DNA of 63,646 nt, the filler included, from Octopus bimaculoides (lineage: Eukaryota): NCBI RefSeq assembly GCF_001194135.2. It is 6 parts of 4 records of this genome, joined end to end, with 100 filler letters (N's around TTAATTAATTAA, not from the genome) between each part and the next. Parts side by side here need not be neighbours in the genome. Positions count along the whole stretch, not along the records: positions 1 to 18,961 come from NC_068990.1; positions 19,062 to 38,429 come from NC_068987.1; 4 more parts are not named here. One strand, written 5' to 3'. A program made the position numbers and the translations under genes. Positions 11,845 through 23,360 of this stretch are shown here, one piece after another. Within the stretch, counting starts at the first letter, position 1. Every line of letters starts with the position of its first letter. The notes beneath the pieces were generated by a model that saw nothing but the letters and a program-made list of their open reading frames with translations, was not told the origin of the DNA and did not search any database.

Positions 11845-11952
11845 AACGACAAACAAGATGCGGACAAATATCCGTCAACTGTAAATAATTTAAATAATGT
11901 AAATAATGTATACTTTTGTGGGTATATACATTTATACTTATATTTGTTCCAG

Positions 11953-12073
11953 AGAACTTGATGAAGATTGCTATACACCTTTTCAAATGATAAAGACGAA
12001 GCAGTTTTACTTACTTTGGCTCATAACCTTTATTGTAAGCATCCAGTATGCGACAATAACCGGTGTTTATAAN
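11953..12073 (+). CDS. MFS transporter exon (ELDEDCYTPFQMIKTKQFYLLWLITFIVSIQYATITGVYK)
   Basis: TTCCAG acceptor, phase 2 in. P.Q..KT..FYLLW motif. The donor lies in a 10-N gap, so the end is inferred from the phase of the next exon. Confidence 0.85.
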
Positions 12074-12093
12074 NNNNNNNNNGTTCTGTGTGT

Positions 12094-12127
<34 letters not shown>

Positions 12128-12142
12128 ATATATATATATATA

Positions 12143-12935
12143 TACGAGGTCGATTCAAAGGGTTCGTGGATTAGTTATGCTTAATAACAAATATCTTACT
12201 TACCTAAGTTTTAACATCAGTTCCTTCGAAAGAGTCACTTTGAGCAGTTAAACAACGACCTCCAGCGTTGCTGCCACTTTTGAAATCCAACCTGAAAGTC
12301 GCTTTCCGTGAGCGAATCGAGGACCTTCTGCGATTCGCTCTTGATCTCAACAATAATGTTAAAACGGTGAACTTTGAGCTGCATTTTCATTTTCGCGAAG
12401 AGATACAATTCCGCAGATGCTAACTAAATTTTGAGGGTTATTTAAGCAATGTTTTCGAGGATGGTTAATGGGTTGGATATGGTGCTGAAGAAGGCGCAAG
12501 CAGTCCTGAAACATCTTATACACACATTACTTATTCTTCTATATTCGATCGCATTGTTTACGCGTACGTATTCGTATACGAAACATCATAACTTTCAGTG
12601 GCGGCACCAATTTCTATAACGAGAAATTCACGAGTGAGGAGTGAGGTGGTGAAGTATTAATTTCTTGGTGATCCACAGATCAAGTCATCTCGCAGTAGAA
12701 CTCTAGATTGTCGATCTGTCCATAGGGGATGAATTCTCACTGCACAATACCACATTTTCGAGAGTGACCCTCGTGGCAGATCTTCCAGATCATTCATTGT
12801 CTTCCATGGACAGTCTTACGCTTTTAAAGCACCTGCACCACTCGAAACATTGCGTACGACCCATTGCTTCGTTGTCGTAAGCTTGTCGAAGCATGCTCAA
12901 TGTCTCTGTAGCAGACATCCCAAGTTAGAATAAGC
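12143..12935 (-). mobile_element. Degenerate, internally deleted mariner transposon interrupted by a ~190-bp insertion
   Basis: Minus strand ETLSMLRQAYDNEAMGRTQCFEWCRCFKSVR (mariner N-terminal HTH, ~12800-12910) and KWQQRW (C-terminus, ~12260-12280). TACGAGGT TIR-like end at ~12143. Confidence 0.65.
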
Positions 12936-13618
12936 AGCAGTTGAGCACTGAAGGTTGGCGCGATTGACTTGCCCACTCACCCAAAATTTCAGACCCTGAG
13001 ACTCTTGAACATTTTTATATAGAGAGCAGAACCGTTAGCATGTCGGGCAAATTGCATAGCGAAATTTCTTCTGATTCATTACATTCTCAGTTCAGATTCC
13101 ACTGGGTCGACTTCGTTCTTCACCCAATTGGGCTCGACAAAATAAAGTACCACTAGATTCCAAACGATTACGATCATCTGTCCAATGAATATTTATTTCA
13201 TGATCGTCATATTTTGGTAGAGGTAAAACAAAAAATAATTCTAAATATAAAACAATTATATTGTGAAAAGTTATCTCCACAGATTTTCTATAGAAATTAG
13301 AGCCACCACTGAAAGTTACGATGTTTCACATACGAATAAGTCTGTGTAAACAATGCGATCGAATATAGAAGAATAAGAAACGTGTGTATATGATATTTCA
13401 GGACTCCTTGCGCTTTCTTCAGTACAACATCCGACCTATTAACCATTCTCGGAAACATTGCTTAAATAACCCTCTAAATTTAATTGTTTAACACAACTGG
13501 ATGTACCGAGTTTACATATTAAACACATACCTGGCAGCTGGTACGTATATATTACTGGTATGTCCAATTGTGTTACAGATTAAGTTATTTCTGTGATAAT
13601 GTTCGTATTTTTCTTCAG

Positions 13619-13741
13619 ATCTATGGACTGACATTCATCTCAGATGATTATTTCCTTACCATTCTTGGTTCCGTTTGCGCAATTGGTAACGCAATGGGAA
13701 GGTTTACGTGGGGACTTCTCTGTGATAAGTTATTATTTAAG
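13619..13741 (+). CDS. MFS transporter exon (IYGLTFISDDYFLTILGSVCAIGNAMGRFTWGLLCDKLLFK)
   Basis: TTCAG acceptor, AAG|GTAAGA donor. 123 nt, phase 0-0. Carries the MFS second-half N..GR..WG...D+ motif. Confidence 0.95.
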
Positions 13742-15076
13742 GTAAGAAGAATGTCTTATATTAAAAAAAAAAAAAAAATTTCTTTTCTTTTTGTCTTTTG
13801 TATACATTTTACCGTTGATAAATATCATTTTTTTTACATGCATACGCACACACGCACGGACACATACATACACACGCACGCACGCACACGCATGCACACA
13901 CTCATCTATATGTGTATGTATGTATGTATTTATATATATTATTGTTCTCAAGGTTTTTTTTACCATGAATAATTATTGTTCTTAGGGTTTTTTACCACGA
14001 GAATTTCTCTGTCGTATTTTGGCACCGTGAGTGTGTATGTGTATGATTGTGCTTTGGTGCATGTCCATATTGAGAGATTTTAAGATGTGTAAATTTCCCG
14101 CAAAAAAGAAAACACATGATTACGAAATTTATAAAATAATACGTAAGCAACTTTTAAACTGAAAACAAGTTTATAGTAGAGCGAATACATAAGATATTTT
14201 CTGAAGTCATGCGTTCACTGTTGATTTATACAGGTTGTAATATGAAATCTCAGGGTCACAATTCGGATATGTCTAAACGAAACGTACGGTGCACAAGTGC
14301 AAACTAGAAAATTGAGGAATGAAAAATATAAATATATAAATAAATAAAACGATAATACAATACCTATATAATGACAATATTACCATTTGCTTAATTTCAT
14401 CAATCGTCGAGTAAAATACGGTTTTTTTCTTTTCTTTTCTTTTCCTTTTCTTGAATTCTATATCTTCATTGTAATCATATTTTATTTTTACTGAAACAAA
14501 GGTTTTATGAGAATATATGTTCATTGAACGTAATATGTTCGTGCGCGCATGCACACACACACACCTTTCCTTAATGATGCTCATACCACCGTTTTGTTTA
14601 CTTCCATATCGTCTATGTTTCACCGAAAAAATCCATACTCGTCCGAAATTTATTAAAAGTTCTCTCTCATCCTTGTTTGTACGTCATCCAGAACAATTGT
14701 TTCTAGCTTTTTTTTTTGTCTTTTTAAAATTTCTTTCTACATTAAATAAATTAACTCTAGCTTAACTAAATTTTGTTATTGAAGTATAAGCAAAGTACTT
14801 GAGTTCAAATTCCGTCGAAGCTGATATTGTCTTCATCCTTTTCGAAAAAAGAAAGTACCACCTGAATACTGCGGTCGATGTAACCGACTTCACCCTCTAT
14901 CGAAATTTCTGGCCTTGTGCCAATATTTGAAACCAATATTTATCATATTAACACTAAGTTAATTACTTGCCCCAAAACTGAAAAATAATTAAAAGATGTG
15001 CTGGAGCATTTTCATAATAAAAATCTTGTGACTTTATGCACAAATATTTCGAGCCTTTACTATTTCTCTTTAACAG

Positions 15077-15286
15077 GATTCCACAACACTTCTGTGTTTA
15101 ACCGTGTCGCTTTTCTATCTTTTGCTCAACGTCTCATCAATGGTTGGACGATATTTTTACTTTTTTATTGCATTACTAACGTATGTGGTTCCTGGTGGGA
15201 TATTCGTTGTAATGCCGTATATAATCAGCAAGTGTTATGGTACTAAGTACTACGCAAGTAACTGCGGAGCCGTGTATACCTCACTG
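15077..15286 (+). CDS. MFS transporter exon (DSTTLLCLTVSLF...GGIFVVMPYIISKCYGTKYYASNCGAVYTSL)
   Basis: AACAG acceptor, CTG|GTAAGT donor. 210 nt, phase 0-0. Confidence 0.93.
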
Positions 15287-15533
15287 GTAAGTTTCATTTT
15301 CACTTTCTATCTTCTCATTTTGTGTAATATGTCAGCCGATCTTTTTATTGTTTCTGATTTACTGTATAGGCATATGTTTATCGTGAAGTATATTTGTCAC
15401 CTAAATGTGGCGGACCCATAGGAGACGATGCTACAGGAGGACATCTCCTCCAACTGGCTAACGACACACTGTCTGTGTCCGATTAGTATTTGCGAAGGAA
15501 AATCATCGTTTCTATCTTTGGCCTTACGTGATA

Positions 15534-15578
15534 CACACGGACCCGGGTTTCTGGATAGTAACCTGTCATCAGCGTGTG
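15534..15578 (-). ncRNA. Minimal type I hammerhead ribozyme-like motif
   Basis: Minus strand CACACG-CUGAUGA-CAGGUUACUAUCCA-GAAA-CCCGG-GUC-CGUGUG. Helix I has 6 perfect bp, the 8-nt palindrome ACCCGGGU forms helix III, and the cleavage triplet is GUC. Helix II is mismatched at its base. Confidence 0.68.
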
Positions 15579-16405
15579 ACAATCACCAGTTAGCGATGAG
15601 AACTCATTCCAAACGCAAAATACTGTATGCCTTTTCCAATGACAAACTGCCGCTGATTTCGAAAAAGGAGAAATAATCAATAATAAATCTCATCTGTTTA
15701 TTATTAGAGGTAAATAGACTGACCTTAAAATACTTTTATATGCTCGCCACTGATAAGATTCATTAATTTTGATGATTTTATCCTCTAATATTTTTTTATA
15801 TATAACCTATTCACTTCGGGTCAGTTTATTCACTTCTTTACTATACTGACCAAATATACACGTGTTGAGGTGACTGCGAAATCCGATGCATATATATATT
15901 TGTGAATATTTCTATGTACTCGCATTTTGTGAATGCTTTTCTAAGGGCATCTATAGATATTTTCATTTATTTCGCCCAGTGTGTTTTGCTGATGAAGGAA
16001 AAGTCACCAAACTAATCCAGAAATTGATCAACCCAAAACTATCTGAATTATTTTAGGGATTTTTAACAAGTCTGCTTTCCCGCTTTCAATTATTTGTGGA
16101 GTGAATATTTGAAGTGGCAGGACGTATTCAGCGTGTTCTTTCAGCATATAGGCATAATAGCTTTTGTGCCCTTAAGTAAAATTGTACCCCATACAATTAT
16201 ATATCTCTATAAACGTATCTTACCGAAAAGAGAACTACACGGAACAAATAGGGGCTGCAATAAAGGTGGAGCACTTGCAGAGAACAGTATTGCTTGGAAC
16301 CGCTTGAATACTCCGGAAGGTACTCGAAAAATAAAAGGTGTTACGTTAGTTCACTAGTAGTGAACAGCTGACACCGTAGTGCATCTCCAGCGTTAGAAGC
16401 TGCAC

Positions 16406-16750
<345 letters not shown>

Positions 16751-16823
16751 TTATTTACCAAAATAGATTAGGAACATAAAAAAATGTAACCTTAATGTGC
16801 ATCTTTTCTATTTTATTTTACAG

Positions 16824-16923
16824 ATAGCATCGGGTCTTTTAAATTCCTTTATCGTAACAGGCATGCAAATCTCTTTCGGTTGGTACTGGACATTTTTCTT
16901 CTTTGAAGCCTTGGGCTTTATCG
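16824..16923 (+). CDS. MFS transporter exon (IASGLLNSFIVTGMQISFGWYWTFFFFEALGFI)
   Basis: TTACAG acceptor, G|GTAAGT donor. 100 nt, phase 0 to 1. GW...F pattern before the last transmembrane helix. Confidence 0.9.
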
Positions 16924-17260
16924 GTAAGTATGAGTCAATTAATCAAGCTAATTTTGCAATTAAGCTTTGAGATTCCTTCTTATTTCAATTAGATCAGTAT
17001 TTAGTTAATGAATAAATGAATTAATTAATTTAGGAGTGTAAATGAAATCTCATTCCTTGCTTACATGAGATCGGGTGATAATTTGGCGTAATTCCTTCCT
17101 ACAATCGGACACCCTTCCTTATATTAATCGTTCAATTCTGAAGTTAGAGCTCAACCTCTTTTTGGTTCTATCTGGTGGCCAGATATTGTAAGGGAGATAA
17201 TCGTTTCTAAATAAATCTTGGTGGGATTATTTTAGAAATATTAAATTTCTAAAATAGTAA

Positions 17261-17440
17261 GGCGGTGAGCTGGCAGAATCGTTAGCATTCTGGGCGAAAC
17301 ACTTAGCGGTATTTCGTCTGCCGCTAGGCTCTGAGTTCAAATTCCGCCGAAGTCGACTTTGCCTTTCGTCCTCTCTGGGTCGATTAAATAAGTACCAGTT
17401 ACGCACTGGGGTCAATGTAATCGACTTAATCTCTTCTCCC
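17261..17440 (+). mobile_element. SINE family A
   Basis: GGCGGTGAGCTGGCAGAATCGTTAGC...GAGTTCAAATTCCGCCGAAGTCGAC. Confidence 0.85.
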
Positions 17441-18013
17441 AAGATACCGCGTATTGGGACTGAACCCGAAATGATGTGGTTGCAACACGACTTTCTTAAC
17501 CATACAGGCAAGCCAGGTGGAAATCTAGGAAGCATTAATTGACGTAGAGTCTCTTAATGTGATGATGAGGATCTCCTATACACCATATGTTGTTCCTAAA
17601 AAATGTTACTTAGCTTTTCCTACCTATGAGGCAAAATGTCTCTTGTGACTGACACAGCAAACATTAGCATATTTGTATCCGAGTATGATGGAACGTATTA
17701 AAAGTATATACGCCGATCACCATGCAAATATCGATTACTTTCGTCTGGAAAATAGCACTAATCTACGAAATGTTTTTTCGGCATCGGCTTTGGATAGATT
17801 CGTTATTCCTAGTACTTCAGCCTGATGAGAAGCAACATGTCGAAACAACAGTGTCCCAGAATCACTTGCACCAATGAATCGAGTGTGTAATAAATACATA
17901 CACCTCGTAAATGAGAAGTTGTTCTCTTGTGAAAAAAACACTACAGCGATTAGTATATTCATGTTCAAATCAGCCTGAATATATTCACAATAAATATGCA
18001 AAGCCTTCGTGAA

Positions 18014-18375
18014 GGCGCAATGGCCCAGCGGACTCGCGGTCGCAGGATCGCAGTTTTGATTCCAGACGGGGTGTTATGAGTGTTCATTGAGCAAAAACTC
18101 CTGAAGCTCCACGTGGCTCCGGCATGGAGTGGTGGCGAACCCAGCTGTACACTTTCACCGCAACTTTCTCTCACTCTTTCTTGCTGTTTGTGTTGTACCT
18201 GTATTCAAAAGGGCCAGCCTTTTCACAATCTGTGTCACGCTGAATCTCCCGGAAACCTACGCTAAGGGCACACGTGTCTGTGGAGTGCTCAGTCACTTGC
18301 ATGTTAATTTCACGAGCAGGTTGTTCCGTTGATAGGATAAACTTGACACTTCGTCGTCGTAACCGACGGAGTGCC
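18014..18375 (+). mobile_element. tRNA-headed SINE (family C)
   Basis: GGCGCAATGGCCCAG head, TTGAGCAAAAACTCC core, CGACGGAGTGCC end. Confidence 0.55.
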
Positions 18376-18485
18376 GTGAAAAGTCATCGCTTCGATTTTG
18401 ATGGTATACCGCGAAAATAAGGATTTATATAAACGTTTGTCACCAAATATGTTAACCTAATCGAATTTTTATTTTATTTTAACAG

Positions 18486-18577
18486 CGATAATATTAACGG
18501 TGATGTTCCAGAAGCCAAAGCAACTAGATCGAAGAGACAGCGAATTAACTGCAAGTGAAATTCAGAGACAACCTTGA
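18486..18577 (+). CDS. MFS transporter terminal coding exon (A-IILTVMFQKPKQLDRRDSELTASEIQRQP*)
   Basis: Pyrimidine tract plus AACAG acceptor, phase 1 in. TGA at 18575-18577, AATAAA at 18624-18629. Confidence 0.8.
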
Positions 18578-18961
18578 CAACAGAAGCGCATTCATAAATG
18601 ACCAGATAAACCAACACATCATAAATAAAAACTCGTTTCATCCATTCTCATATGTATGTATGTATGTTGTATGTATGTATGTATGTATGTATGTATGTAT
18701 GTATGTATGTATATATATATATATATATGTTTATATGTATATATGTATATATATGTATGAATATATATATATGTTTATATGCATATATATTTATATGCCT
18801 ATATATGTACATATATATATACATCTACATATATATATATATGTATATATATATATATGTACATATGCATGTATATATACATGTGTATATATATCTACAT
18901 GTTTATATATATATATATATACATACATGTATATATGCATGTACATATACATATGTACAAG

Positions 18962-19061
18962 NNNNNNNNNNNNNNNNNNNNNNNNNNNNNNNNNNNNNNN
19001 NNNNNTTAATTAATTAANNNNNNNNNNNNNNNNNNNNNNNNNNNNNNNNNNNNNNNNNNNN
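18962..19061. other. Synthetic scaffold-join spacer 44N-TTAATTAATTAA-44N (also at 38430-38529, 55518-55617, 58556-58655, 61335-61434)
   Basis: Five identical 100-bp blocks. The 12-mer is self-complementary and has stop codons in all six frames. Confidence 0.95.
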
Positions 19062-19184
19062 TATTTTCCCTAAAACTATATATATTTTATATATACTTTA
19101 TCTATAAGGCTCAATTTAATTTTTTATAAATTGATTTTAATTGAGTTTTTTACCTGTAATTTTGGATTTTGTCCCTAATAATAT

Positions 19185-19224
<40 letters not shown>

Positions 19225-20589
19225 AGTAAAAGAGAAAAGATAGAGAAAGAGAGAAACCCTATTTGTGCATATGTATTTATACAGGCATGCATTGTATAAC
19301 AGCGACACTCTTCTCAATGACTATTACCATATTCATAAAATTTGGGCTCCTTGGCTCATTAATCATTAACCATTAGAGTAGCACAAATACTGCATTACAC
19401 CCTTCAATAAGTCATTTTTCCCTACAAGTAATCCGAACAATATTGCATCGATTTGTTGTGGAGTTAATGGTGGCATGTTGTATAAAGTCAGTTGTTTTTA
19501 GCTTCATTAGTGGATAGTAATTTTACAGTTTAAGTTATTCGAACATTCATTTAGAAATGGTTCCATGTCTCACTTTTACTATGACCGTGTAAAATAAATC
19601 TGTATTCTCCACAGTTGAGCAACAAACTACTCCTGCAATCTGCAATACAGATTAACTCTACATTATAATTATCATTATTTTTAACTTACTTCCTAATCTC
19701 TCTCTCCCTTCCACCCTCCCTCCCACTCCTCTCTCACTCCTCATAAACAATTTGAAAAACTCGGAGAGAAACGACTTTTGACTCTTCAAATGATTAACAT
19801 CGTTGTAATTAAAAAGAAAGTATTTCTGTTGGAATCTGAAGTCTGCTAATAGCATCTTATAATTGTCAAAGACTCCGTTCAAGAAGATCTGTTGATTCAC
19901 AAAATGTTTGATTTAATGTTTATAATTCACTTCACAAATGATGAAAGACAACAAATTCTGTGTTCAAATAAACTCCAGTGGTTGTTAACCCACGATTCAG
20001 TAGCGTTTACTTAAACCATTCCTTGACTGTTGCGTACAAAATATTCCACTTCATTAAATACAAGTTCAAACTCTTGTTTTCAGTCTTATGTAATAAAATT
20101 ATTTTCCTACGTGTCAATTTAAACATTCTTTTTGTAACTATACGCATCCAACTGATATATTGTAATATCATAAATTCGAAGAAACTAAACATTACCTGCA
20201 TAAGTTAAGATTGGGGAATAAGAGAGTTAAGATCTTGAAGTTGATTTACCGCAAGATCGGTGACATTGCTTGGGGTAAAAGAAAATATCCAAGTGTTTCC
20301 ACGTTGGTTTCAATGTGAAAATCTTAATGACACCATTAAATAGAATTTAGTTAGAGAATAGTTCTACAAATCTTTAACACTGTAACAGGCGCTGACTTCT
20401 ACAGATAATAACCATTATTTTTACAACAGAAGAGAAATTGAAACGTGAATCATATTTGCGAGGCGAGATATCTCATATACGTAATAAGTGACTGGTATCA
20501 ATAACGAACGACACTCCTGCTTCAATAACATATTAAGCTCTCCAGCTCTCTTGAAAGTATTATTGAAATGAATCAAATTCTTTTGTTTA

Positions 20590-21300
20590 TATAGAACCTT
20601 CAAGGACACCAAGCAACATATAAAGTATTCCTCCGTGGAAAGATCTATAGTCTCTCTTAGTCACTTGTGTCTTATTAATAATAATGACTGAAGCCTGTTC
20701 AGTTCAACACAATCCTTCTTTTACTATATGACTTCTTTCGCCAAGTCTACCAGACAGTGTAACAATGCCTGTCTTTCCTGGATAAGTGGGGTGGGTGGGG
20801 ATCGAGGCGATCATCGCAAGCACTCAGCTCATAGCTATGTCTGCCATACATGCGACAAAAGGTGTACTACATTTACCCAAACGTCAGCAATACTCAGGCA
20901 TTGGAACATTGCCAACAGCACCGTTTCGTCATCTTGTGCTCATCTCAGAGAGGGGAGATTGACGCCGCTCCATTTCTGTAGATTGTTTCTTGAACCGACA
21001 TTGCTCCACATCCCATTAGTCCTACTTGGTCGAATATTTTCAGGAATTCGCCATGACTTGAAAGTCGTCCGGAACAGACCGTTCTGTTGATTCTCAGCGA
21101 TGGTCGTCATTTTTGTCTGCGACTGATTCTCTTCAGATGGTAAAACTGAGAGTTACACGACCGTGTCACTCGACTGGTAGAGAGCTGTTAGCGTCTGGAC
21201 ACACACAACGTGTCAGGCGCCTTATCTTCGTTTATGATTCATGCAAAACAATAAGAGACGAGCCATGGAAAACGTTTGTGGAGCAAACTTAACATGTTTG
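20590..21300 (-). mobile_element. Highly degenerate mariner-like transposon
   Basis: Minus strand MTTIAENQQ start followed by a broken HTH-like region; many stops. Confidence 0.4.
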
Positions 21301-22661
21301 TTATTCATGTATTTTCGTTTTTCAAACAACATATCGTCTTAGAAACATAACAATATCTTGTCGATCATTTATTATTCTTATATAACGTTCTCTTCAATCT
21401 ACAATGACTCATAAAATCAACGTTTGCTATGATAGAACTAACAGCATAAATAATTGAATGAGACAAGAAAAAATAGGCCTGACATGGTACAACACCTCCT
21501 GCAAGTAATAACCATGCTAACATTAGAAAAAGAAAAAAATACAACTTGAATGAGATCCACTTGAGTAACGACAACAGTTACAACAAATTAAAAAATTGTG
21601 AAGTAATCGACAGAGATGTTGATAACGAAAAACGGTATCATTATACTCCGAGAAACACCAGAATGACTGATTTTTATACGTGAGGCCTTGTATAAAAGAT
21701 TGTGAGCGCTTGATAATAATAGCAACACTCCTTTAATATAAATGACACTAATGACAACAATTAGGAATGGAAAGTGGAATAAGGCTATAATGCTAACGCA
21801 GAAAGTCAAAGAAGAAATAGAAAATAGGAAATATGTAAGAGTATAAAATGGCAATCAAATGAAGATTTATTTTCCATTTTTATTTTATAACGTATTTTAC
21901 TTTCGACAATTTTAATATTTTAGAACGATATTCTTTTTGTATTTTAGTAAAGTTATTATTTTATATAATTATTTTAAACTTTCTTTATTCTTTTATTTTT
22001 GTCTCCATTAGCATTTAATCGGAAAGGAAAATGACACTTGTTCACGATATTTGTTCCATTTATAGAAACATGAACGATTACTGCAAACACACCTCGTTGA
22101 ATTTGTGACGAATGAAGGATAAAGTAGAATTGATGTTAATGAGTCTCACCAGCGATTGCTCTTGGCACTAGAAGCAGCTTTTCACTCTTTCTCATGACTC
22201 CACTCAAAATTAAATTACCTTAACCAGCTGAGGTCCATGCACGTTACATGCAATGCTTTCTTCGCTCTATCCTTATTATGCATGCATCTCCTTGATGTTA
22301 TTCTTGATGTTGTTGATGTTGCCGTTGGTTGTTGTTGTTGTTGTTGTTGATGGTGGTGGTGGTGGTGAGGGCACTGGTAGTGTTGGTTGTTAACAGGGTC
22401 GTGGTCGTTGGGTCGAGGTGGTAGTCATTTTATTTTTGATGGTAGAGGTGGTAGTTACATAATGTTTGTGGTGTGGAAGATGGCGGAAGGAATACATCGT
22501 TTCAGCACGATAATGCTTGGGTCTGGGGCGCGTTAGCTGAAAGAAGCATTTAGTTAACAAAAACATAATTACTCCAGGAGATGATAGTGATGATGATGAT
22601 GACGATGACGACAACAAAGAAGAAGAAGAAGAAGAAGAAGAAGAAGAAGAAGAAGAAGAGC

Positions 22662-22711
<50 letters not shown>

Positions 22712-23144
22712 GGAAGAAAGAAGAAGGTGGAGGAGGCGAAGAAGAAGCCGATGACTTTCATTTGATTAACATGGTCACAGTAATGATCGTATCTACGACC
22801 AAATTGCTCCTCAATGATGATGAAGGTTGTGATGGTGATGACGACAACGACGACGACGACGGTGATGATGATCATGATGATAATTATGATCATGATCATG
22901 ATCATGATTATGGTATATGCATATACGAAGAACGATTCGTTGGAGAGTGTTACTAATAAAATATAAATTTATACAAAACTGTTTCGTGGTTGACTCGTTG
23001 CCGTCTAAACAGAAAACCACAGCTTCTTGTTTGGGAAAACAAAAAGAGGTAGATTTGGGATTTTCTCTAGGATAAAATACTCAGATGAGTCAATGGCTTT
23101 GCAAACACAGTAAATATGTGCGTAATATTTAAGTGGCAAGTTAC

Positions 23145-23360
23145 GGCGGCAAGCTGACGGATTCGTTTGCAGGCCAAGCAAAATACTTAGCGGCATTTCG
23201 TTTATCATTAAGCTTTGGGTTCAAATTCCGCTAAGGTCGGCTTTATCTTTCATAATTTCGGGAGTCGATAAAATAAGTACCAATTAAGCACTTGGGTCGA
23301 TGTAATCGACTTGCCCCTCCCCAATATCACTGACATTGTGCCAAAATTAAAAACCAATAT
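23145..23360 (+). mobile_element. SINE family A
   Basis: GGCGGCAAGCTGAC...GGGTTCAAATTCCGC...GTGCCAAAATTAAAAACC. Confidence 0.8.

Noticed and set aside
22390-22535. Minus-strand terminal exon candidate after TTCTTTCAG (LTRPRPKHY...)
   Set aside because: Low-complexity context, no recognisable homology and no partner exons.
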